From Rhynchobatus australiae (lineage: Eukaryota): DNA of 64,000 bases. Position 1 is the stretch's first letter. Every line of letters starts with the position of its first letter. Shown in pieces: positions 26,328-36,350 of the stretch. The position numbers and the translations under genes were made by a program. The DNA lies in the NCBI GenBank assembly GCA_034780895.1, contig JAUZTB010000017.1:38413268-38477267 (forward strand), in the 5' to 3' direction. The notes below the pieces were generated by a model that did not search any database, was not told where the DNA came from, and saw nothing but the letters and a program-made list of their open reading frames with translations.

Positions 26328-26869
26328 ACATGAAAAATTAGAAGGTTTAAAAACGAAATTGCGGGGCAGTAGAGATGGAGTGAGGCTCTGGAAAGAACTG
26401 GCTTGGTTCCAAAGGCTGAAATCCTCCTCCTCCTCCTGTTCTATAACAGTTCTACAATTCTAAGTAACTGTTTGCTAATCAGTCACTAAGGAAGTTATTG
26501 CCTTTTTTTTTATTATTTTGACCAGATGCCAAACTATGCTTCTATCTCACCTGAGACAGATTTCTCATGATGGATCTGAATCCTTGAAGTAATAAATAAT
26601 CATCAGTAATGGCTTCTTTGGTTATGTGGGTTGAAAGTTTGACACTAGAGGGCAATTGAGTGCTTTGGTGAACGTCGTACTCTGAACCAATGTAGGTACT
26701 TCCTTAACTGGAGCTGTTCAAAGTGTATTCAGCCTGGCTTTGTGCCTGTGGAGATTTTTATCATGAGGTCTCAGTAAAATATTATGATCTTAATAGTGGC
26801 AAAGACTGCAATACAGTTAGATGGCTCTTGCAAGCTCTATTGGAAATAGGAAAAAGCTAATGCCCTTGG

Positions 26870-27320
26870 GGAAACCCCAAAGTGGGTTCTGACCAATGAA
26901 GTAACTTTTGAAGCATAACCAATGTTGTAATTAAAGGTGCCAAAGAAACCGATTTACACACAGCATGCCCCCACAGAGAGAAGTGCAGTAAATGACCATA
27001 TCATTTGCTTTAGTGATGTTGATTGTTGGGCAGGAGCCTAGGCAGAACTTCTTGCTGTTCTTCACAGTGGTGCCGTGAGGTTTTCATGTTTATTATTGTC
27101 ATAGGCACATGTGTACAGGGTATAAATGCCATGAAAATTAGTTTTTTGCAGTTGCAGCACAGTACATTATAAGACGAGGACAAAGTTCACCTAATTATTC
27201 ATCCATTTTCACCTGAGAAGGTAAGTGGGTTCTTGGATCATTTTTGAAAGAGAGCACTTCTGACAGCATGATTCTCCATTGACACTGGAATGTCGATCTG
27301 GGCAATGTGATCAAATCCTT
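26870..27320 (-). mobile_element. DeuSINE/SacSINE1-like SINE with internal insertion
   Basis: ccaatgaagtaacttttgaag..atttacacacagca..tttagtgatgttgattg..cacctgagaagg..agcacttctgacag. Confidence 0.6.
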
Positions 27321-29780
27321 GGTTGGGGGGGGGGAGAGAGAACTTCTCTCCCCCCTCCTCCCCCTCTCTTTGTATTATAAGTAGCTGTGTACAGGAAGTT
27401 AAAGAATAAATGTTTCATGAAAACCACATCACAGCAGTTGCTGGCTAGTTTGTTGTATTGCATGCTGAGATATGTGGAGTATTTGGAATAACATGGGTCT
27501 TTGACTCATCCTCAGTGGCTTAATCATAATATAGGCCTCTACTTTAATATGGAGGCCTCCTGTGGCCAATTATACTCAAATAGATGAGTAGAGTCTAGAA
27601 AATATTCTCTTTCAAAATTGATTCTAGATTTGTTGTAAGCGATGACGTGTTCCAACCAATATCAGTAAGCTTTAAGGATTTATTGTTAGATGCCTATTGA
27701 TAGGAACAAGCCACTACCCATACCTGGAGGCCACTCATTAGCACTAATTTCGTTTGCCAACTTTCCAAGATCGATCAAGTGTTTTTAGACATTAAAGATT
27801 AATCTCCAGGATGTTGCTGTGACTGAGCAGGGAAGGAAGTTAAAAACAATTGTTTGCTTTATTTTCTTTTGAAGAATATTGCAGATGCGAAGCAGTACCA
27901 TTTGACTGGATAGGGAGGTAGGAGGTCATGTGATTAAAACCTCCAAGAATATGTCCGGCTAAAGAACCTCCTCTCTCTGTCATCATTTGCTCATGAGGCC
28001 AGATTCACTGTCCTGCCACCGGAACTAGGGCTGCAGCACTTGAGTGCTTATTTACCGACCTGTGCTCCATTCCAGCACTACTCCCCACTGGCAACATGAC
28101 TCCATGAATTATGGTTCAAGTGGTGACAGCTGTCGGAGGGAACATAAGCACAGTCGGGCTACAAATCCCAGGCCCACAAAACATGGGGCCAGATCTTTGA
28201 GGTATTAATTGTGATAGACTTGACAAAAGATCTGACCTTTTGGTCACCTCGGAGACTGTAGGTCATGCGTTCAAGCTTCAACAATCCATCCCCCGTCCAA
28301 TATTCCTCGTCATCCCCAATCTACCCCCATCCCGAGATTTGACGCGTGGTCTTCATTGGCACTTGACTGCAGTATTGAGGTAACACTTTTTAAGTTGGTG
28401 TGGAAGATCCATGATGCTGTTCAAAGTGGAGCAGGAAATTCTAATATCCTGATTGATCTAAACAAATTAAGTGTCACTCATCTTCTTTCTTTGTGACATT
28501 TACAGAGTGTATCTGTTTACTTAAAGAGCTCTTTTTAAAATCAGTTTGTTTCAAAATGCCCTGAGACAGACTGAAATTATTTTGTTCTAGACTGTTAAAA
28601 GTTGTTTTTGAACACATTTTTATTTTAGTTTTATTTTTAGTGCAATGAACAAAAGTGTTGCCTGTTGCATTTCTGGCCCATGCCAAAGAATTTATTCAAT
28701 CATTATGTGCCTGTACTTGCACGAAATCCTGCCCACTGAACTTCATTAGCCATCGGTCTACCAACAGCATGAGTTTAAGATATCATCCTTGCGTTCAAAT
28801 GCTTTATGGCCTGGCTCTTTAAACTCCCTTTAGCTTTATAGCTCTCTTGAAAATGTGTTTCCTCAGCTTTGGCACAACAGCCACCATTTGCTTGACTATT
28901 TTGTTATTTCAAAAATAAACTTTATTCATAGAAAATATCTACAGGAAATACATTACAATCAACACATGTCTTTCCTTGCATTCATAGTGTCATCAAAACA
29001 ACAAATCAAAACATTCATTGTCCTGTCATACCAATGCATTATATTTACAATGCACCAAAGCCAGTCATGCTTCCTGCTCCATTTTTGGTGGCCACACATA
29101 AAGTTGTCTAGGCTCTAGATTCTGGATTTTTCTTCTTCCTCACTCCTCATTTTAAGGTGCTCTGAAAAACACTCTTCTGTCCAACTATTTGTAACTTGTT
29201 CTGATTTCTTATGTGGTCCAGTAAAAGGAGGAACATCAGAGGGAGAATGGAATAAATTATATGTTGAGTAAGGTGAATTTTTTGGCTAATTGTGTTTTTG
29301 TGATGCTTGTTGGAGTAATTGTCCCTGCTAATTGTGTTGCATAAATGCATTGTTAATTTGGTAAATTCCTTATCTAGTCTTCAACCTGCAGCCTCTTGCC
29401 TTTGAGGCTAATAATAATAAAAAAAAATGTGGAAAATAAAACTCGGCAGAGTGTAACATGGATAGTTGATTTGCTATTGCCTGTTTTGCAGTACTACCAA
29501 GGTCAAATTTCATCCCCTGTGGGAAGTTGGTGATGGCTAGGCATGAGACATTTTAGCAGTAATTTTTTTTTTGCTTGAGTCTAGTGTTCAGTTTATATAG
29601 CTTCACGTTGAACCAATTTTGAATTGGGTTTTCCCAAACTCAAATTGTTAGGTAATCTGTAAGAATCTTACTATGCAAGCACAACAGATTACTTAAGCAA
29701 GCAAAGGACAGCATCAGTTGCTTTTATAGGCTTCAGAAATATGTCAACCAGTTAATTGTTTATTGTAGGAATTATTAAGA

Positions 29781-30454
29781 GAGACATGAGACTGCAAATG
29801 CTGGAATCTGGAGCAACACACAGTGCTGGAGGAACTCAGCGGGTCAGGCAGCATCTGTTGAGGGAAATGAACAGTCGACGTTTTGGGTTGAGACCCTTCA
29901 TCTGGACTGGAAAGAAAGAGGAGTGATAGCCAATGTAAAAAGGTAGAGGGAAGGGATGGAGCAAGAGCTTGGCAGGTGATAGGTGGATCTAGGTGAGGGG
30001 AGTGAGAGGCAGGTGAGTGGGAATGATAGAAGAAGCTGGGAGGTGATAGGTGGAAGTGACAAAGGGCTGAAGATGGAATCTGGTGGGAGAGGAAGGTGGA
30101 ACATGGAGTAAAGGGAAGGGAACTGGTGGGAGGAGTGTGTGGGTGATGGGCAGATGGAGAAAGTGGGGAGGGGAAGACGTAGGGTGATGGGGGCCAGTTG
30201 GACCAAGAGGAGAGAGAAAAAAGACAAATGGGGGTAAAGGGACTGGGGGGAGCAGTTATAGGCAGTTTGGGAATTTTATGTTCATGCTGCCAGGTTGGAG
30301 ACTACCCAGGTAGAATATGAGGTGCCGTTCCTCTAATTTGCCTTCGGTCTTTACCTGGCAGTGGTGGGGGCCGCGGACAGATGTATCAGTGTGGGAATTG
30401 GAATTGAAATGGCTGGCCACCGGGAGATCCCGGCTGGTACGGCGGATGGAACAT
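29781..30454 (-). mobile_element. 5'-truncated Penelope-like element: GIY-YIG endonuclease C-terminus plus 3' region with hammerhead motif; 10-bp TSD
   Basis: Minus strand 30452 to 30256 reads SIRRTSRDLPVASHFNSNSHTDTSVRG.HHCQ, then after a frameshift KLEERHLIFYLGSLQPGSMNIKFPNCL*, typical of the PLE GIY-YIG C-terminus. Flanked by the direct repeat attattaaga at 29771-29780 and 30455-30464. Confidence 0.88.
29872..29909 (-). ncRNA. Degenerate minimal hammerhead-ribozyme motif of the Penelope-like element
   Basis: Minus strand: CAGTC-CAGATGA-A-GGGT-CTCA-ACCC-AAAA-CGTC-GACTG. Stem I CAGTC/GACTG and stem II GGGT/ACCC are intact, with palindromic ACGT as stem III. The core deviates from CUGANGA/GAAA. 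Confidence 0.6.
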
Positions 30455-30913
30455 ATTATTAAGATTAGTTGCTTTGAGATTATGATGCTAGATTGAAATC
30501 TGAATTCTGTGAAAGATTGTAGATTCCTTTTGAATAAGGATTTTACACCTTGCCTAAAATGAACCCAGGAGTGTGCAATAGAACTTCCTGTATTTGATCC
30601 ATTTTATTATTTGTATCTCAACCAAAATGAATAATAAAACTATTGGACCTCCTTAATTTGACGCCAGGATATCAAATCCTGTAAGGTTGGTCCAGCCAAC
30701 TAACACTGGCTGTTATAAGGGCTGTTCACTGTCAAATGCAGAGTACTTAATACCTCCCTAATTATTCAGGAACCACATAATGGCCTTTACCAGAAAATCT
30801 GGTGATCGCTTATCTTGAGAGTCAAATAAAACACAACAACATTGCATTTAGATCAGGATTCCCGCCAGAAGACACCTTCCCTCCTTTTAGGTCAGTTACA
30901 GTCAGTTGGTATA

Positions 30914-31296
30914 CAGGCAGTCCCTGGGTACGACAGGGTTCCTTAGAACTGTTCGTAACCCGAACTGTTTGTAAATCAGAAACGAACATAAACGGCGTGT
31001 GGGAGGAGACCACAGGAACCACTGTGGCCAGAGCGAGCAGGCGCGGGGAGACCAGCTGCCAGCCATTGCTCACTGACTCGGTGAGCAAGTCTGCTCTGTG
31101 GTCTCAGCTCGACCCAGCCCCTCAGAGGTTGGCGGGTGGGGGGGAATGGAGGGAAGGCACTTGGAAATGCCCTATTCCACCCGCCAGGTGATGCCTGCAG
31201 CCCCGCAGCAGCTTGCAAATCCATCCTGCAGGTCTCTCAAATGTCATTCAAGTGCACCGGGTGTCCATACACAGTTTGTAACATGGGAAGCACATG
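30914..31296. mobile_element. Tigger/pogo-like (Tc1/mariner superfamily) non-autonomous element
   Basis: Left end TA|CAGGCAGTCCCTGGGTACGA; right end in reverse complement TA|CATGTGCTTCCCATGTTACAA; TA flanks at 30912-30913 and 31297-31298. The TIRs are degenerate. Confidence 0.55.
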
Positions 31297-32059
31297 TACT
31301 CTGAGCGTGATACCAAATTGCTAGGGACATTGAAAGCAATAATTAAACTCCCCAGGGGAAATAAGGAGCTTCAGAAATGCAGAGTTGCAGGAGTGGTACA
31401 GTGGGAGGAACGGAGGTTATGCTGTGGTGGGGAATGTTGATGCAGTGTATAGAAGAGGGGGCTATCAAAGGGTGATTGGTCAGTAAGGGACTTGGCTGAT
31501 AGGATTCCCAGTCAGCGCTGCACTGGGAAGACCTGGTTGCCCCTCGAGTGCTCAGTGTTGGTTGCTCCCAGGTCAACGNNNNNNNNNNNNNNNNNNNNNN
31601 NNNNNNNNNNNNNNNNNNNNNNNNNNNNNNNNNNNNNNNNNNNNNNNNNNNNNNNNNNNNNNNNNNNNNNNNNNNNNNCTCCCAGGTCAACGTGGCTTGC
31701 GGTCCCCCTGCAGTGCTTGCACCGAGATGCCCCGTTGTGACTTGCACTCCGAAGTGTCTGGCTAAATTTATGAAGTGACATGAAACAACCTTTGGGATGG
31801 GAGGTTTAGGAAAAAAGGGATTTCTATCACATTGGGTTTCTTTTCAAGTAAAACATTAGTGCAATTGAATTTCCGGGCACACACACTTGCTGTCATTTAA
31901 GATGATAATTAATCCTTTTTGCTCCAGTTTCACACAACAAGAAAGGATCCTCACATCAATGTAACAACACAATATGTGATTTTAAATTTTGCAGGCTTGA
32001 TTTACCTAAATAGTGATGATATATGTGACCTGACTGTAATTTAGTGTAGTATTACTAAA

Positions 32060-32345
32060 TGTGATGGCAGAAGGGTTAGGGAGGGATAACATAGAATTAT
32101 GTGCTTGGTCAAAAAATCAAAACCGAGATGAGGGGAATCTTTTTTATGCACTAAATGGTTGGGCTCTGAAATGCACCGTCACAAGGAATATTGAAGGCAG
32201 ATTCAGTTGTGGCATTCAATAGGGAGCAAGGTTAGTAGCTGAATGAAAAGAATTTGCAGGTCCATGGGGAATGGGACTAGCTGGACTGCTCTTACTTAGA
32301 TCCAGTCTGGACTTGACAGGCTGAATGTCCTCCTTTCCTGTAACA
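32060..32345 (+). mobile_element. Old CR1 3' end
   Basis: aatggttgggctctgaaatgcaccgtc..gaaggcagattcagttgtggcattcaatagggag..ggctgaatgtcctcctt. Confidence 0.65.
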
Positions 32346-32914
32346 TGAAGCACCGTGCGGAGTGTTGAATTTACCATGCATAAGCATGTCATAAATCTGC
32401 AGGTTGGGGAAACATTCAGCACTGTGCATTTTGGTAGAAATCTTTCAAATCATTAAACTGCCTTAAAAAAAATAATGCTGGCAGGAATTTGGTTTAGAGG
32501 CTTAAGAATTTCTCATTGGAAGATCTTTATCAGTAAGTCTTTAACAAGCTGAGCACATTCAGGAGTTGCAAATTAAGGCGTACGGTAATTGCAAAAGTAA
32601 CATTGGGAATTGTTGAATGTTCTGCATTAAAACAAGAAAAAATGTTTTAAGTAGGATTTGCGCAGACAGTTTCATTGGCCGTTGTCAAGTTTTATCCAGG
32701 CAATAATTTATTTCAGACAAGACCAAATATGCGAAGGAAAGCGTCCACTAATATTGAAGCAAATGTAAACTAATATAGAGACTCTAAACTTGTACTGGGT
32801 TGATTGATTTGGCCATTGAATTCTGTCATTTGTTAGCACTTCAGTAATAAGGCTTTAGAAGAGCTGTAGGGTTCTTTTTTGAATACCAAAATCCAATACC
32901 ATGAAGTTGGAAAA

Positions 32915-33345
32915 TAAACAACTTGCATTAATATAATGAATTTTACACCCTTTGTCTTTGGAGTACTTTGGAATATCCAGTGAATGACTTCTGGGGTGAA
33001 TTGACCGTTGTACAGTAGGAAACACAGCAGTCAACCGTATTGTGGCAAAAGCAAGGACCTATGTGCCCTGATGCAGGGTCTCAACCCAAAATGTTGACCA
33101 TTCCTTTTGCCTCCACAGATGCTGCTTGACCCCCTGAATTCTTCCAGCAGTTTATTCTTTACTCCAGATTCCAGTGTTTGCAGCTACTTATGTCATCTAT
33201 AAACAGCAATGTAATAATGATCAGCTAATTTATTTTTAGTGATGTTGATTTACAGATGAATACTGGGCAGGACATCAGGTTTAGTCCTCTGCTCTTTGCA
33301 TAGTGCCAAGGGATCCTTTATACTCATCCTTGAGGGCAGGTGGAG
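32915..33345 (-). mobile_element. DeuSINE/SacSINE1-like SINE containing a Penelope terminal insertion (about 33063-33194)
   Basis: acaacttgcattaatata..taggaaacacagcagtc..[ctgatgcagggtctcaacccaaaatgttgac..cagatgctgcttgac..ccagattccag]..aaacagcaatgtaataatgatcag..tagtgccaagggatcctt. Confidence 0.7.
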
Positions 33346-33394
33346 GACAAGGTACGTACCACATAAAGCACTGGTGCACAAGATATGACTCATG

Positions 33395-34910
33395 GTATTA
33401 GGGAAGTGTGTTCGCGTGGATTGAAGAATGATTATCACTTAGTCAAAATAAACGGGCCCATTACAGGCTGGAAGGATGCCATAGCGTCATGGAGATATAC
33501 TGCATGGAAAATGGCCCTTGAGCCCAACCCATCCATGCTGACCAAGTTACCTACCTGAGCTAGTCCTTTTTGCCTCCACTTGGTCCATGATCCGCTAATA
33601 TCCATGTACCTGTCCAAATGTTTTTTAAACATTGTAATTGTACTTCGACCAATTCCTCTGGCAGCTTGTTACATGTACCCATCACCATCTGTGAGGAAAA
33701 AGTTGCCCTTCAGGTCTCCTTTAAATCTTTTTCTCCTCTCACCTTAAATCTGTGCCCTCTAGTTTTAGACTCCTCTACACTGGGAAGAAGACTGTGACTA
33801 TCCACCTTATCTACACCCCTGTAACTAGTGGAGTTCCCCAAGGTTCTTGCCCCTCTATTTATGATTTAACAATGATCTGGAGGAGGGGGTAAGTTTGTCA
33901 ATGGTACAAAAATAAATGGGACCGCCTGTTGTGATGAACGTTTTAGGATGCAGGTTGAATGAGTGGGTTAAAAACTTGGCAGGTGGAGTCTAATGGTGGG
34001 AGAGTGGGAGGTTGTACATTTCAGTAAGTGGAATTTTAAATGGAGAAGGATTGCAGATGAGTGAAGTACAGAGGAATCTAAGTGTTCTCATGCACGCATC
34101 ACAAGAAGTTGAAATAAACTAGTCTTTTATTACAACAAGTGTTTAGGAAGGCACATTGCTCATTGGCCTTTATTGCGGGTTGAAATTTAGAAATGGGGAA
34201 GTCTTGTTACAATTGTACAGGGTACTGGTGAGGCTGTACCCGGAGTACTGTGCATGGCTTTGGTCCCCTTATTTAAGAAGGATATTCTGATGGTCCAAAA
34301 GAGATTCACTGGGCTAATTCCTGGGATGAGATGGTTGTCGTATCACAAGTGGCTAATGTGCTTGGGTCCTATGTTCTTTGGAGCTTTCAAGACTGAGGGA
34401 NNNNNNNNNNNNNNNNNNNNNNNNNNNNNNNNNNNNNNNNNNNNNNNNNNNNNNNNNNNNNNNNNNNNNNNNNNNNNNNNNNNNNNNNNNNNNNNNNNNN
34501 AATGTGCTTGGGTCCTATGTTCTTTGGAGCTTTCAAGACTGAGGGATAATCTTATTAAAACATACATGATTGTTAGAGGCATGACAGGGTAGGTGTCAAG
34601 ATCTCTCCACTAGTGGGAGAATCTCAAACAAGGGGACATAGTCACAAGATTAGTGGGGCGGTCATTTAAAACTGAGGTGTGTAGCAACTTCTTGCGGAGG
34701 ATGGTAAACTTCTGAAATTCTCTGTCCTTGTGGAGGGTAAACCATTGGGGCTGTTTAAAGAGGAAGTAGATACAGTTTTGAAAGGTCAGGTATTTAAAGG
34801 TTATGAGGAACTAGCATGGAAGAGATGAGGCTCCGAACAGACCAGCCACCATCATAACAAATGACAGGGCAGGCTTGAGGGGCCGAGTGGCCTACTCCTG
34901 TTTTCTTGTG
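33395..34910 (+). mobile_element. CR1 LINE (RT region to 3' end) with a nested antisense CR1 3' fragment at about 33485-33820
   Basis: gtaactagtggagttccccaagg (VTSGVPQG), tggcaggtggagtctaat, QKRFTGLIPGM, RLRDNLIKTYMIVRGM. The nested piece has the reverse tail catggaaaatggcccttgagcccaac and the frame FKKHLDRYMD. Confidence 0.85.
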
Positions 34911-35859
34911 TTGTGGAGTTTGGAATAATGACTTCTTGAAAGACTGCACTGCATTCTCTCAGTTGCACTGAGGTGTTGGCCTGGATTCAATACCTAAACC
35001 TTTTGTAGGGCTTTCTCACACATTGCCTTGTAATTCAGAGATATGAGTATTACCATGTAGGCTCTTGTAATGTAAGAATAGTTCAGTCCAATTAATAAAA
35101 TTGGCTGAATCATTGGTTGAACTAACCAGCATTGCATGAATGTTACCAAAAAAAAAGCCATTAAATTGTGCAACTCCAAGTAATTTTTGTAAAAAAAATA
35201 TTTGGACCACCAACATTGAGGAACGTGAGTTAGTTTCTGAATGAGTTTAAAGTGGGTTTGAATGGGACCAAGGTGAACATTTGAAAGGAAACAAGTTGTT
35301 TTTGCACTCCCCTGAGGCATGGGTGCTACTTTTTGTGGAATGGTTAATTCAGTGAATTTCCTCAGATCTGTTTTCTCACAGGAAGTACACTTTAACTTAT
35401 AGAGTTTAATTAAAATTATGAAGCTGGCTGTTTCTTTATGCTAACAAAATAGAGTGCCTAGAAATTTGTCAGCACCTTTAAAGACCCATTAGTTGGGAAG
35501 CTTGTGATGGGTCAACAGGGATGCCATTCACAGGTTTGCCACTGGGGTGTTCAATGCCACATGAGGCATGGAATCCACACAAGACCCAGATGGAAATTTC
35601 AGATTTCATGCACCTTGCATAAAGTGCCCAACTTTCATTTATGTTCTGTTTACATTGGTGTTGGATCATTGTAAAGCTCATAGATACAGAATTGCGCCAC
35701 CTAATTTCAAAGCAGAGCTTTACCACCTGGAACGACCATGTAACGTAAAGGATCCTGAACTTAGTAAACCGCAGCATAGAATACAAATTGAGGAAGTTGT
35801 GCCTAACCTAATAAATCGTAGGATAACTTAATCTGGGAGTTTTCTGTCTACTTCTGTAC

Positions 35860-36350
35860 ACCACATGTTGGGAATAATGTTACGGGTTTCAAGAAGGTTC
35901 AAAGAACATTAATGGTATGGTAACAAGACTTGAGTACTTCAGTTATATGGAGAAGCTGGAAGAGCTGGAGTTGTACTTTATTTTAAGAGTGAGAAGGTTA
36001 AGGGGCTATTTAATTGGGATATTCAGAACTATAAAAGATATTAGTAGAGTAAGTAAAAGGTAACTGGTAGAAGAGTCAGTAACCAGTTGAAACATTTAAG
36101 ATTATTGGTTAAAGAACTCACAGGAAAATGTCCAAAAACTTCATGAGATGAACAGTTATGATCTAGAATGCACCCTCTGCAAGACTAGTGGAAGGAAATT
36201 CAACAATAACTTTTCTGAGGGGATTGGATAAATTCTTGGGGGCAGGGTGAGGGGGGGAGGCATTTGCAGGATTATGTAAAAGGAATGGGAAATGATGGGA
36301 ATCCTCTTTGAAATAGCTAGCACAGGAATGGTGGGCATAATGGCCTCCTA
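35860..36350 (+). mobile_element. Old CR1 3' fragment
   Basis: agaaggttcaaaga..acttcagttatatggagaagctgg..gagaaggttaaggggctatttaattg..ggtgggcataatggcctcct. Confidence 0.65.

Larger units (their letters stand above)
24830..26460 (+). mobile_element. Decayed CR1 LINE (RT region to 3' end) interrupted by two younger insertions
   Basis: cagggctcagtactgg (QGSVL), tttgtggatgatgtaaag (FADD-like), tggcagatgaaatttaat (WQMKFN), atgcattttgg (MHFG); resumes after 25810 and again after 26327. Confidence 0.7.

Noticed and set aside
29898-30227. 109-aa Pro/Ser/Leu-rich minus-strand ORF
   Set aside because: Translation of the pyrimidine-rich 3' UTR of the Penelope element.
31565-31692. Direct repeat ctcccaggtcaacg on both sides of a 100-N gap
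   Set aside because: Identical sequence flanking a fixed-size gap indicates overlapping contig ends, not a biological duplication or CRISPR-like repeat.
34356-34545. 45-bp exact duplication around a 100-N gap inside CR1
   Set aside because: Scaffolding overlap artefact; the CR1 reads continuously if one copy and the gap are removed.
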